Counted from the first letter of the stretch, positions 51,785-60,713 are shown. The stretch is DNA of 64,000 nt from an uncultured delta proteobacterium (GCA_963850305.1 CAWKKR010000011.1:384001-448000); one strand, 5' to 3'. Notes: generated from the sequence alone by a model not told the origin. Program-made: numbers and translations.

Positions 51785-52683
51785 CAATCGGAAGATTCCA
51801 TCGACCGCGGGACCGTGTGCTCCCAATCCGCCAGGAGGGTCCGGAGCGCCGCGATGAACGCGAGCGGTTGATCCAGGAGCAGGTGATGGTGCGCTTCCGG
51901 GATCTCGACGACCGGCGCGTTCCGCCGGAGGAGATGATACATGTACTCGCCCGTCTCGGGCGGGACGACATAGCTGAGCGCGCCGCGAAACAGCGCCACG
52001 CGACAGCGCACGTTCGCGAGATGCTCGTGCATGGCCTCCGGACGGGCGAGCTGGAACACGACGGGATCGAACTTCCACGTCACGCCGCCCGGAGCTTCGC
52101 GGAGCGAACGCTCGGCGATGAAGTCGAGGATGTAAGTGTTCTCGCACGGCTGAGGCGGCACGAGGCGGAAGTGTTCCCTCGCCGTCTTCACGTCCGGATA
52201 CGTCTTCGGGTTGCGGAACGTACGGCCTTGCTGCCCTTCCTGGCTCTCCGGATCCGGACGGCGCACCGGCGCATCCACGATGATCGCGCCCGCGAGCGCG
52301 TCGCCATGGAGCGCCGCGGTGACGATACCGACCAGCCCTCCCATGCTGTGCCCGACCAGGATCGGCGGCCCGACGAAATCCGAGTCGCGGCTCACGGCCA
52401 TCACTTCTTCCGCCCACGTCCGCCGCGGATAAGCCTCGCGCCGCCCGCTATCCCCGTGGCCGCTCAGGTCGAGCGCGACGACGCTGTAGTGCTCGGTCAA
52501 GAGCGGTGCGAGAAAGCTCCACCATTGCGCGTGGGCTGCGCCTCCGTGCACGAGCACGAGCCCCGGATTCTTCGGGTTCCCCCACCGGAGATAGTGAATG
52601 TCGCAACCCATCACCTCGATACGGTGATCCTCGCAGGGGGCCGCGATGGCCTTCTCGAACCATGCCGGAGCCTTTTCGGACAT
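51784..52683 (-). CDS. Alpha/beta hydrolase
   Basis: HGGAAH, DLSGHGDS, GHSMGG, HHHLLLDQP. Confidence 0.9.
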   Translation of the reverse strand: MSEKAPAWFEKAIAAPCEDHRIEVMGCDIHYLRWGNPKNPGLVLVHGGAAHAQWWSFLAPLLTEHYSVVALDLSGHGDSGRREAYPRRTWAEEVMAVSRDSDFVGPPILVGHSMGGLVGIVTAALHGDALAGAIIVDAPVRRPDPESQEGQQGRTFRNPKTYPDVKTAREHFRLVPPQPCENTYILDFIAERSLREAPGGVTWKFDPVVFQLARPEAMHEHLANVRCRVALFRGALSYVVPPETGEYMYHLLRRNAPVVEIPEAHHHLLLDQPLAFIAALRTLLADWEHTVPRSMESSD

Positions 52684-52692
52684 CGCCCTCAG

Positions 52693-53412
52693 CTACTTCC
52701 GCTTCTTGAGCAGATCCCCGAACGTGCCGAACCCGGTGACTGGCTTCTCCCCCTTGGCGCTTTCCTGGTTGCCCGCCGCGAAATGTTCGAACTCCCGGCG
52801 CTCGTCGGCCTGGCGCAAGGCGACGACGGAGAGGCGGACGCGGCCCCGCTCGTCGATGGCCTGGACCGCGGCCTCGAGCTCGGTACCGGCGGGGAAGGCC
52901 TTGCGCAAGTCCGCGCCGCGCGGCGTGCCGAGCTCGGCAGTGGGGATCAGGCCGCGCGTCGGCCGATGTTCTCCGGGAACCGAGAACTCCATGAACACGC
53001 CGTACCGTTCGACGCCGCTGACCTTGCCGTTGACGCGCATGCCCACGATGACCGCGCTCGTGCGCGCGGCTCCCGAGGGCTGTGCGCCGGGCGCTTCCGC
53101 CAGCGCTTCCACGATGGGAGCCGTGGAGACGGGAGTCAGCCGAACGGAGCCCGTGTCGCGCTCGATCTGGACGACGCGTGCGGCGATCCGCGAGCCCACC
53201 ACGACCGTCGGCTTGCCGTTCGCATCCGTGAGCTCGGACGTCTCTATGTAGCCCTCCTGTTTACCGTCGAGCGCGACGAACACCTCCGCGGGGCCGACGC
53301 GAACGACCTCCAGGTCGAGCACGTCGCCGACGCGGCAGCGCCGGGGCCCGACGTGCCTGGGCGCGGATTCGAAGAGAGACGCGAAGGAACTCGGAGGCTC
53401 GTTGTTGGGCAT
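52693..53412 (-). CDS. Protein with two S1 RNA-binding domains
   Basis: FVALDGKQEGYI and GKVSGVERYGVF...RVRLS; tail FGTFGDLLKK. Confidence 0.85.
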   Translation of the reverse strand: MPNNEPPSSFASLFESAPRHVGPRRCRVGDVLDLEVVRVGPAEVFVALDGKQEGYIETSELTDANGKPTVVVGSRIAARVVQIERDTGSVRLTPVSTAPIVEALAEAPGAQPSGAARTSAVIVGMRVNGKVSGVERYGVFMEFSVPGEHRPTRGLIPTAELGTPRGADLRKAFPAGTELEAAVQAIDERGRVRLSVVALRQADERREFEHFAAGNQESAKGEKPVTGFGTFGDLLKKRK

Positions 53413-53512
53413 GATTGGGTCGACCGGAATCCGACTTCCGCGCAGCCTACCTCGATTTCCGGGAACCGGGGCGCGCATGCCGTCCTTTTCCCATCTGGTA
53501 ACATCGCCGCCG

Positions 53513-54391
53513 ATGAAAATATTGCTCCTCGGCAGGGACGGCCAGCTCGGACACGAGCTTCTGCCGCTCTTCGCACCGAAAGGCGACGTTCTCGCGCTCG
53601 GCCGCAATGAGATCGATCTCGCCGATCTCGGGCGGGTCAAAGACCTCCTTGCAAGCGAGCGCCCGCGCCTCGTCCTGAACGGCATGGCGTACAACCAGGT
53701 CGATCTGGCCGAGTCAGAACCCGCCGCCGCGTTGCGCGTCAACGCGGAAGCAGTGGCGGTCCTCGGTGAGTACGCGCTCCGCGAGGGCGCCGCGCTCATC
53801 CACTATTCGACCGACTTCGTCTTCGACGGAAAGAAGAGCACGCCTTACGTCGAGACGGATTTGGCGGAGCCTCTGTCCGCTTACGGACGGTCGAAGCTCG
53901 AGGGCGAGCGGGCCCTCGCGGCGATGCAGGCCCCCGCCCTCGTCCTTCGAACGGCGTGGGTCTACAGCCTTCGACGCAAGAGCTTCGTCTCGATGATGCT
54001 CAAGCTTGCGCGCGAGAAGAAGGAGATGAAAGTGGCAACAGATCAGGTCGGGAGCCCCACCTGGTGTCGCGACCTCGCACGGGTGACCCTCGCCGTCGTC
54101 GAGAAGCTCGGTCCCGACGTCGCTGCGGGGGCGCGGGAAGCGCGCGGCGTGTATCACGCGGCGGGCGGCGGCGCGTGCAGCCGCTACGAGCTCGCCAGAG
54201 CGGCCCTCGAGCTCGATCCGAAGAAGAGCGAACACATCGTCGAGCGGCTCGAGGGCGTCAGCGCCTCCGAGTTCCCCGCGCCCGCCGCGCGCCCTGCCTA
54301 CGCGCCTCTCGACTGCACCCGCCTCACGCGCCGCTTCGGCGTCTCCTTCCTGCCGTGGAAAGACGCCCTGCGCGAGGCACTCGGCGGGTGA
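53513..54391 (+). CDS. rfbD: dTDP-4-dehydrorhamnose reductase
   Basis: GRDGQLG, AYNQVDLAE, STDFVFDG, YGRSK, DQVGSPT, ARPAY. Confidence 0.95.
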   Translation: MKILLLGRDGQLGHELLPLFAPKGDVLALGRNEIDLADLGRVKDLLASERPRLVLNGMAYNQVDLAESEPAAALRVNAEAVAVLGEYALREGAALIHYSTDFVFDGKKSTPYVETDLAEPLSAYGRSKLEGERALAAMQAPALVLRTAWVYSLRRKSFVSMMLKLAREKKEMKVATDQVGSPTWCRDLARVTLAVVEKLGPDVAAGAREARGVYHAAGGGACSRYELARAALELDPKKSEHIVERLEGVSASEFPAPAARPAYAPLDCTRLTRRFGVSFLPWKDALREALGG

Positions 54392-54501
54392 CGCGCGTCT
54401 GACGCGCCGAGGAGCCCGCGGCCATCGTGAACGTCGCGCCGACGGCCCACGGATTCGGATCGCGTCTTCTCGGTCAGCCGCAGACACTCCACGACACACG
54501 T

Positions 54502-55262
54502 CGCGACGACCCGTCCCTCAGCCAGGAGAACCCGTCCACACGCCGTGGTAGCCGCTTCACGCAGCGCGACGACGCCTCCGTCGGCCGTGAGACCCGCTTC
54601 ACACACCGTGAGGACGTGTCCGTCGGCCGTGAGACCCGCTTCACATGCCGTGAGAACGCCTCCGTCGGCCGTGATAACTGGATCACGCAGCGTGAGAACG
54701 CCTCCGTCGGCCGTGATAACTGGATCACGCAGCGTGAGAACGCCTCCGTCGGCCGTGACGACGCGTTCTCACGGCCGTGAGACCCGCTTCACACAGCGTG
54801 AGAACGCCTCCGTCGGCCGTGATAACTGGATCACACAGCGTGAGGACGCCTCCGTCGGCCGTGAGATCCGCTTCACATGCCGTGAGGACGCCTCCGTCGG
54901 CCGCGACGACGCGTTCTCACGGCCGTGAGACCCGCTTCACACAGCGTGAGAACGCCTCCGTCGGCCGTGAGACCCGCTTCACACACCCGTGAGAACGTCT
55001 CCGTCGGCCGTGACGACCCGCTTCACACGCCGTGAGAACGCCTCCGTCGGCCGTGGGACCCGCTTCACACGCCGTGAGAACGCCTCCGTCGGCCGTGAGA
55101 CCCGCTTCACACACCCGTGAGAACGTCTCCGTCGGCCGTGAGACCCGCTTCACACGCCGTGAGGACGCCTCCGTCGGCCGTGGGACCCGCTTCACACACC
55201 GTGAGGACGCCTCCGTCGGCCGTGAAACCCGCTTCACGCGTCGAGAGGACGCGTTCACGGGC
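54502..55262. repeat. Tandem array of 21-bp subunits forming ~42-bp units (15 conserved cores)
   Basis: Subunit A CGTGAG(A/G)ACGCCTCCGTCGGC alternates with subunit B (CGTGAGACCCGCTTCACACNN or CGTGATAACTGGATCAC(G/A)CAG); core spacing is 42, 43 or 64 bp. Confidence 0.95.
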
Positions 55263-55304
55263 GCGGGCGCTGGTTGCTGATGCGCACGAAGAACTCGGCG
55301 ACGT

Positions 55305-55739
55305 TCAGGCGCCCGCCGGGTACTTCTCGAGCCACTTCTCGACGTCGCTGACGAACGCGAGGAAGTCGTCCAGTCGTTCCATCGCGAGAGCGACGCGATC
55401 CAGGCGTACGGTCGCGTACTCGTGGACCAGGATGTTGCGAAACCCCGCGAGTCCCACGAGGCGATCCGCGGTGTCCTTCGAAATCACGCCGCGCGCGACG
55501 AGCCGCGGAGGGACCTGCCGGTACTGGTCGACGACCTCTTGAAAAGTGCCGGCGAGCAAGTGGGAACCGGCATCGAAGAGCGCCTCGGCGGCGATCTGGA
55601 GACCGTGCTCGACGGACCACTCGAGCTTCCCATCGGCCTCGAGCGAAGCGACATCCACGCGACCGAAAGAGCGGAGTCGACTCACCGCCTGTTCGATGGT
55701 GAGCAGCTTTCGCCGGACCACGTCGGGACTAGGGGACAC
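55305..55739 (-). CDS. HepT-like (DUF86) HEPN ribonuclease toxin
   Basis: GFRNILVHEY matches the RX4HXY motif; overlaps the MNT gene end. Confidence 0.9.
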   Translation of the reverse strand: MSPSPDVVRRKLLTIEQAVSRLRSFGRVDVASLEADGKLEWSVEHGLQIAAEALFDAGSHLLAGTFQEVVDQYRQVPPRLVARGVISKDTADRLVGLAGFRNILVHEYATVRLDRVALAMERLDDFLAFVSDVEKWLEKYPAGA

Positions 55740-56130
55740 GGCCTGCTCCGGCCCGCTCGCGCAGGTACTGGTGCTGAAGGTCCCGCAGATGCTGCGTGTC
55801 CATGAACTCGAGCATCGCCCTCGCTTCGAACGCCGTGCGCTCGTCGTCATTGCGGACGACGAGGCGATCGCCCGCCGAGATCACCTGCAGTCGCAATAGC
55901 GGAGGCGCCGCGTGGAGCTCGACGAGGTCCACCTCCACGCCGGCCGCGGTGGACAGCGCTTCCACCAGGAGGCCGAAGGCCTCGGCCGAGAGCGGAGGCT
56001 CGACCAGCACTGCCACGTCTGCATCGCTCGCGGCCGTCGCGGCCCCTCCTCGTGCCCGCGAACCAAAGAGATAGGCAAGGCGAAGACCCGGCACCCGCGT
56101 CAGCGCCTGCACGAGCTCCGCTCGATTCAT
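55729..56130 (-). CDS. MntA-like minimal nucleotidyltransferase antitoxin
   Basis: YLFGSRARGGATAASDAD matches GSX10DXD; VDLVEL..APP. Confidence 0.9.
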   Translation of the reverse strand: MNRAELVQALTRVPGLRLAYLFGSRARGGAATAASDADVAVLVEPPLSAEAFGLLVEALSTAAGVEVDLVELHAAPPLLRLQVISAGDRLVVRNDDERTAFEARAMLEFMDTQHLRDLQHQYLRERAGAGRVP

Positions 56131-56180
56131 GAGCGTCGAGGATAACATATGGCGCGTCGAGGGGACTTCGGCGCTGTGAG

Positions 56181-56503
56181 TCACCGGGTCATGCCGCGAC
56201 CGCGGCGTCCGGAGCCGCGTCGTTGTGGAGCGCGCCCCCGTAGACCACGATCGCGCGTCCGTCTCCTCGCGCGAGAAGCTGCTCGGTCGTCTCCTCCCCG
56301 TTGATCGACGCGCCATGGCCCTCCGTATCAATCGCCGCGCAATCCTAGGCCCCTCAGGCCACAGGGGAAACGGCACCGCAGATAAGTCCGCCCGCCAACC
56401 ACGGCGCCAAACGCATCGTCGTCTTCACGGAGCGCGTGGGGAGCGGTACCAGGAGCGGCAACATCTCCCGATTGAAGCGCACGGTCGCGGACGGGACTCG
56501 CGC
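56181..56503 (-). pseudogene. Mosaic remnants of the secreted-protein gene at 58694-59593
   Basis: 56181-56190 matches 58694-58703; 56193-56294 matches 58902-59003; 56294-56328 resembles 59571-59606; 56448-56503 resembles 59274-59329. Confidence 0.8.
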
Positions 56504-56627
56504 ATGGCGAGCGCGTTCGGGTCGGCGCACACGGTCTTTCGCGGCTCATTGCGCCCGCGCCCGACGTGAGGACCGTTGCGTTCCCTGTCGAACGCTTGCA
56601 TCTTAGGCCGCACAAGCCGCGGAGGAG

Positions 56628-57859
56628 ATGCCAGTGTCACGCCTACTCGGAATCCGACTGAAAAACTACCGCGCCCTCGCCGATCTTCGTCTTGGCCAGG
56701 TTCAATACAGCAAGGGCGAGCCACTGCCTCGCTTGGTTTGCCTGATCGGACCGAACGGCTCTGGGAAGTCGACAATCCTGGACGCCTTCGGGTTCGTCGC
56801 CGACTGCCTACTCGAGGGCGTCGAAGCAGCGTGTGACAAGCCGGCTCGAGGCGGTTTCGATCGGCTTCACACACAGGGCTTCAGCGGACCGATCGAGTTC
56901 GAGATCTTCTTCGAAGACGACGATGCCGAGCGTCCAATCGTCTACGAGCTGCATGTCGACGTGGTCGAGGGTGTACCAGCGGTCGTGAAGGAGACGCTGA
57001 GACAAAGACAGCAGGGCGAAACGCGCGGCAAGCCCTACTATTTCTCAAACTCGACCGCGGCAAAGGCAAAGTTTGGACTGGGCAGGCCGTCGACATCAGA
57101 GCCCAGAGCAAGGACTCTCAAAAGGTACACCTAGCCGAGCTCGACAAGCTCGGCATCGCGACTCTTGGCAACTTGTCGGAGCACCCGCGTATCGTCCGTT
57201 TGCGGACCTATATCGAGCAGTGGTACCTTTCCTATTTCGTCCCGGACGCGGCCCGGACGCTCCCCCCGGCCGGGGCGCAACGGTGGCTCGACCGCACCGG
57301 TTCGAACATCGGCAACGTGCTCCAGTACTACCAGCGACAGCACACGAGGCAGTTCGGCGCGATCTTGAAGCGGCTCGCAAAAGCCATCCCTGGGCTCACG
57401 AAGATATCAGCCGAGGTCAGCACCGATAAACGGCTACTCCTGCGGTTCGACGAGCGCGGATATCAGGACCCATTTTATCAACAGAGTATGTCCGACGGGA
57501 CCTTGAAGATGCTCGCCTACGCAGTCCTCCTGGCCGATCCGTCGCCGCGTCCCTTCATTGGTATCGAAGAGCCGGAGAACGGTCTCTACGTCCGCCTCGT
57601 CGAGCGGCTCGCAGGACAATTTGCGAGCCGCGCGAACAACGCTGGGTCCACGACGCAGATACTGGTCACGACGCACTCTCCGTATTTCGTCGATGCGCTG
57701 CAACCAGAGCAGGTTTGGCTGGTTCGAAAGAACCAAGAAGGACATGCCACCGCGCTTCGGGCCGCGGACGTCACAGGCATCCGTGCCATGGCGGAGCAGG
57801 GCGTGCCGCTCGGTTCGCTCTGGTACAGCAATCACTTCGATGACGGTGCGCCTGAATGA
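56628..57859 (+). CDS. ABC-type (AAA_21-like) ATPase, split by a 1-nt frameshift at ~57041
   Basis: RBS GGAGGAG; Walker A GPNGSGKS; signature MSDGT; Walker B IEEPENGL; H-loop TTHSP; adding one base at TATTTCTC joins the two ORFs. Confidence 0.85.
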
Positions 57860-58539
57860 CGATTCACGTACTAGTGGAGGGGCCCTCCGAACGTGCCCTG
57901 CTGGAGCGGTGGGCTCCTCGCCTCCTTCAGGACCAAGTCGTAAAGGTGCACCCTCACCAAGGCAAGGGTCGTCTCCCGAAGGACTCCGGGCGTCCACCCC
58001 TGCCGAGACACCGGGGTCTCCTCGACCAGCTGCCAGCCAAGCTCAGAGGGTTCGCGACATCACTCAACGTCGATGCTGATCGGGTCGTCGTGCTCGTTGA
58101 CGCCGACGATGAGGACGTGCCGTCGCTCTATGAGGACATCTCCGAGGTGGTGCGTCGCGTCTCAAAAGCCCTCCGGGTTGTCGTTGCCATCGCGGTTGAG
58201 GAGACGGAAGCCTTTTACCTTGGTGACTTGAGAGCGTTGAAGGCCGGCTTTCCGAACGCGGATATGAAACAAGCGCGGGCATACGTGCCCGACTCGATCT
58301 GTGGCACCTGGGAGCTGTTCGGCAGAATCGTCGGTGACGGTGGGGGCGATAAGGTGGCGTGGGCCGAAACGATAGGCCCGCTCCTAACAACGAACGAGAG
58401 AGTCAGCCGGTCGCCTTCCTTTCGGAAGCTGTTGATGGCCCTCAATGAGCTGTCGCCCGAGCCGCTCACCCGAGGGAAACCTGCGCGTGGCTACCGTCAT
58501 CCACCGAAGCAGCGCAGCGATTCCAGTCGTCGTCGGTGA
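57856..58539 (+). CDS. TOPRIM-like protein (DUF4276-like), partner of the ATPase
   Basis: ATGA overlap; VLVEGPSE, VLVDAD, EETEAFYLGD, SPSF motifs. Confidence 0.8.
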   Translation: MTIHVLVEGPSERALLERWAPRLLQDQVVKVHPHQGKGRLPKDSGRPPLPRHRGLLDQLPAKLRGFATSLNVDADRVVVLVDADDEDVPSLYEDISEVVRRVSKALRVVVAIAVEETEAFYLGDLRALKAGFPNADMKQARAYVPDSICGTWELFGRIVGDGGGDKVAWAETIGPLLTTNERVSRSPSFRKLLMALNELSPEPLTRGKPARGYRHPPKQRSDSSRRR

Positions 58540-58626
58540 GCCTCCTGTGAGCCACGTGCACGCGAGCGAAGCCCCGCCAACCGATCGCACTTTCGCAAGC
58601 AACGGGGAGCCCGAGCCCGGATCTTC

Positions 58627-58650
58627 TTTGCGGCGAGGGCGGGATTCGAA
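58627..58650 (-). repeat. Copy of the tRNA-Ser 3' end (att-like site)
   Basis: TTTGCGGCGAGGGCGGGATTCGAA versus 60871-60894 TTTGCGGAGAGGGCGGGATTCGAA (23/24 identical). Confidence 0.85.
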
Positions 58651-58693
58651 TCGGGTGCCACGTCCGCGCCGATCGTCGCCGAGCTACTGCGTG

Positions 58694-59593
58694 TCACCGG
58701 GTCCTTGCAAAGACGAGCGCGAACGATGCTCGCGTGGGCCGGTACAGCGTCACTTTATCCGGGTGGGGCGCGCGACGAAAAGCGTCGAACCACGGCAGTG
58801 CGCGCCAGGCCGGAGTGTCCTTCACGAACTCCGGAACGATGAGATCCAGCTCGACGTACTTGCCTGCGGTTGCCTTTTCCAGCGCCGGCCCATAGCTCCA
58901 CGCCGCGACCGCCGCGTCCGGCGCCGCGTCGTTGTGGAGGGCGCCCCCGTAGACCACGATCGCGCGTCCGTCCCCTCGCGCGAGGAGCTGCTCGGTCGTC
59001 TCCGTGAGCAACCGAGTCACGATGCTCAGGCTCGTCAGCACCGCGTTCGGCCCAGCGGCGGCGATGCGCGCGAGGTCGTCACACGACGGCCGCAACGGGT
59101 GCGGCGTGATCCCGAGCCGCCCGGCCGCCTCCGCCAGCGCGACGAACTCATCCTGGTCCGTCTTCGCCTGATGTTTCGTGACGACTCTCTGCGCATCGCG
59201 GACGGTCTCGGTGGCTTTCCGACACGCGGGATTCGGAAGCATCACCTCGACCACCAGATCGCTTGCCACCCCCACCAGTAACGGCAACATCTCCCGCGTG
59301 AAGCGCAGAGTCGCCGACGGAACCCGCGCGTCCGTGAGTGCGTGCGCCTCCCCTACGCCCAGAACCCTCGGATGTTCCGCGAGCACGGCACGAAACGCGG
59401 CCGCCCCAGACGCGTACGCATGACATTCCACCTTGCCGCATTCGCTTCCCGGCTCGGCCGCCTGGGCGGAGCGCGTCGCTCGCAGCGTCGGCAACGAAGC
59501 GAGCATGACGGCAGCGGCCGCAAGTGCCAGTGCCGTCGCGACGCGCCGGCGCGCGCCCGGGCCCCGAGTGCTCTCCGCTGATCGACGCGCCAC
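58694..59593 (-). CDS. Secreted hypothetical protein (gene X)
   Basis: GTG start with GAGGG RBS; Arg-rich leader plus hydrophobic helix; VLGVGEAH and YGGALHN motifs. Confidence 0.72.
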   Translation of the reverse strand: MARRSAESTRGPGARRRVATALALAAAAVMLASLPTLRATRSAQAAEPGSECGKVECHAYASGAAAFRAVLAEHPRVLGVGEAHALTDARVPSATLRFTREMLPLLVGVASDLVVEVMLPNPACRKATETVRDAQRVVTKHQAKTDQDEFVALAEAAGRLGITPHPLRPSCDDLARIAAAGPNAVLTSLSIVTRLLTETTEQLLARGDGRAIVVYGGALHNDAAPDAAVAAWSYGPALEKATAGKYVELDLIVPEFVKDTPAWRALPWFDAFRRAPHPDKVTLYRPTRASFALVFARTR

Positions 59594-59643
59594 ATCCCTC
59601 TCTATCCCCTTCGACCGGACGCATCCACCAGGTCCGTGACGAG

Positions 59644-59898
59644 CTATTCGGGTGTCCGCGGGCGCGCCCCGAGCCACTCCTCCGCAACGGTGAGGACGAC
59701 CAAGGCGTTCACCTGATCGCCGATCAGGTGAATCTCTTCGTCCTCCTGGTCGTGCACGAGGCGGAAGCGCCCGATGTCGCCCCCCGACTCTCCGTCGGAT
59801 ACTTCGTAAACGGAGCCGTCTTCGGAGTGCACCGCCCCGAGGAGCGCCTGGGCGACCACGTACACCTTCTCATCGACGATAACGCGCAAAGCTCGCAT
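59644..59898 (-). CDS. Small acidic hypothetical protein
   Basis: 84-aa ORF with plausible codon usage, on the same strand as its neighbours. Confidence 0.55.
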   Translation of the reverse strand: MRALRVIVDEKVYVVAQALLGAVHSEDGSVYEVSDGESGGDIGRFRLVHDQEDEEIHLIGDQVNALVVLTVAEEWLGARPRTPE

Positions 59899-59989
59899 GT
59901 CGGCTCAGATTGCCTGACCGGGTCGCCAATCACGCGTCAAGCAGCGCACATCCACGCGTCAGCCTCGTCAAGACGGGCTGCCCCGAGGC

Positions 59990-60670
59990 TCACCGCATCA
60001 GTTCGTACGGCCCGCCACGCTCGATCGCTCGCCGGTACGCGGGTCGCGCGTGAATCCGCTCGAGATACGCCCACAACCTGGGCCTGGTCGCGTCCAGGCC
60101 CCCACGCGCCGCGGCCGCTTCGACCGGGAAGCTCATTTGAATGTCGGCGGCAGTGAATTCATCACCCGCGAACCAGGTGCTCTTCTCGAGCTCGCTCTCC
60201 AGGTAATTCAAGTGCCGCGTGAGCTCCGGCTCTACGAGGATGGCCTTTACCCGAGCCGAAATGGCGCGAGCGACGGGCCTCACGAAGAATGGCATCGGTC
60301 CTCGCGGGATCCGCGCGAAGATCAGACTCAAGAGCAAGAGCGGCATGAGCGATCCTTCCGCGTAGTGCAGGAAGTACGTGTAGCGGAGCCGTTCGGGCGA
60401 GTCCGGCGGTGGCTCGAGACGACCGGCTCCGTGCGTCTGGACGAGGTACTCGATGATCGCGCCGGACTCCGCGAGAGTGAGCCCCTTCTCCGTGACGACC
60501 GGGGATTTTCCGAGGGGATGCACCGCGCGAAGGGACGCGGGAGCGCGCATGTTCGCGTCTCGCTGGTACTTGCGGAGCTCGTAGTTCACGCCGAGCTCTT
60601 CGAGGAGCCAGAGCACGCGCTGCGAACGCGAGTTGTCGAGGTGGTGAACGACGAGGGTGCTGTCTTCCAT
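59990..60670 (-). CDS. Glutathione S-transferase
   Basis: HHLDNSRSQRVLWLLEEL, HPLGKSPV, AESGAIIEYL, FTAADIQM. Confidence 0.94.
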   Translation of the reverse strand: MEDSTLVVHHLDNSRSQRVLWLLEELGVNYELRKYQRDANMRAPASLRAVHPLGKSPVVTEKGLTLAESGAIIEYLVQTHGAGRLEPPPDSPERLRYTYFLHYAEGSLMPLLLLSLIFARIPRGPMPFFVRPVARAISARVKAILVEPELTRHLNYLESELEKSTWFAGDEFTAADIQMSFPVEAAAARGGLDATRPRLWAYLERIHARPAYRRAIERGGPYELMR

Positions 60671-60713
60671 GGCCGCGCCATCTTCGCATGGCGCCGTGAA
60701 ACCGACGGAGAAA

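Noticed and set aside
54502..55262. CRISPR array
   Set aside because: The intervening segments are ~21 nt, fall into two or three recurring types related to the repeat itself, and no cas genes are in the window
54427..55542. Repeat-derived ORFs as real proteins
   Set aside because: ORFs are open in several frames on both strands simply because of the 21-bp period and are broken by 22-nt units; no clear RBS. Not fully excluded if some indels are sequencing errors
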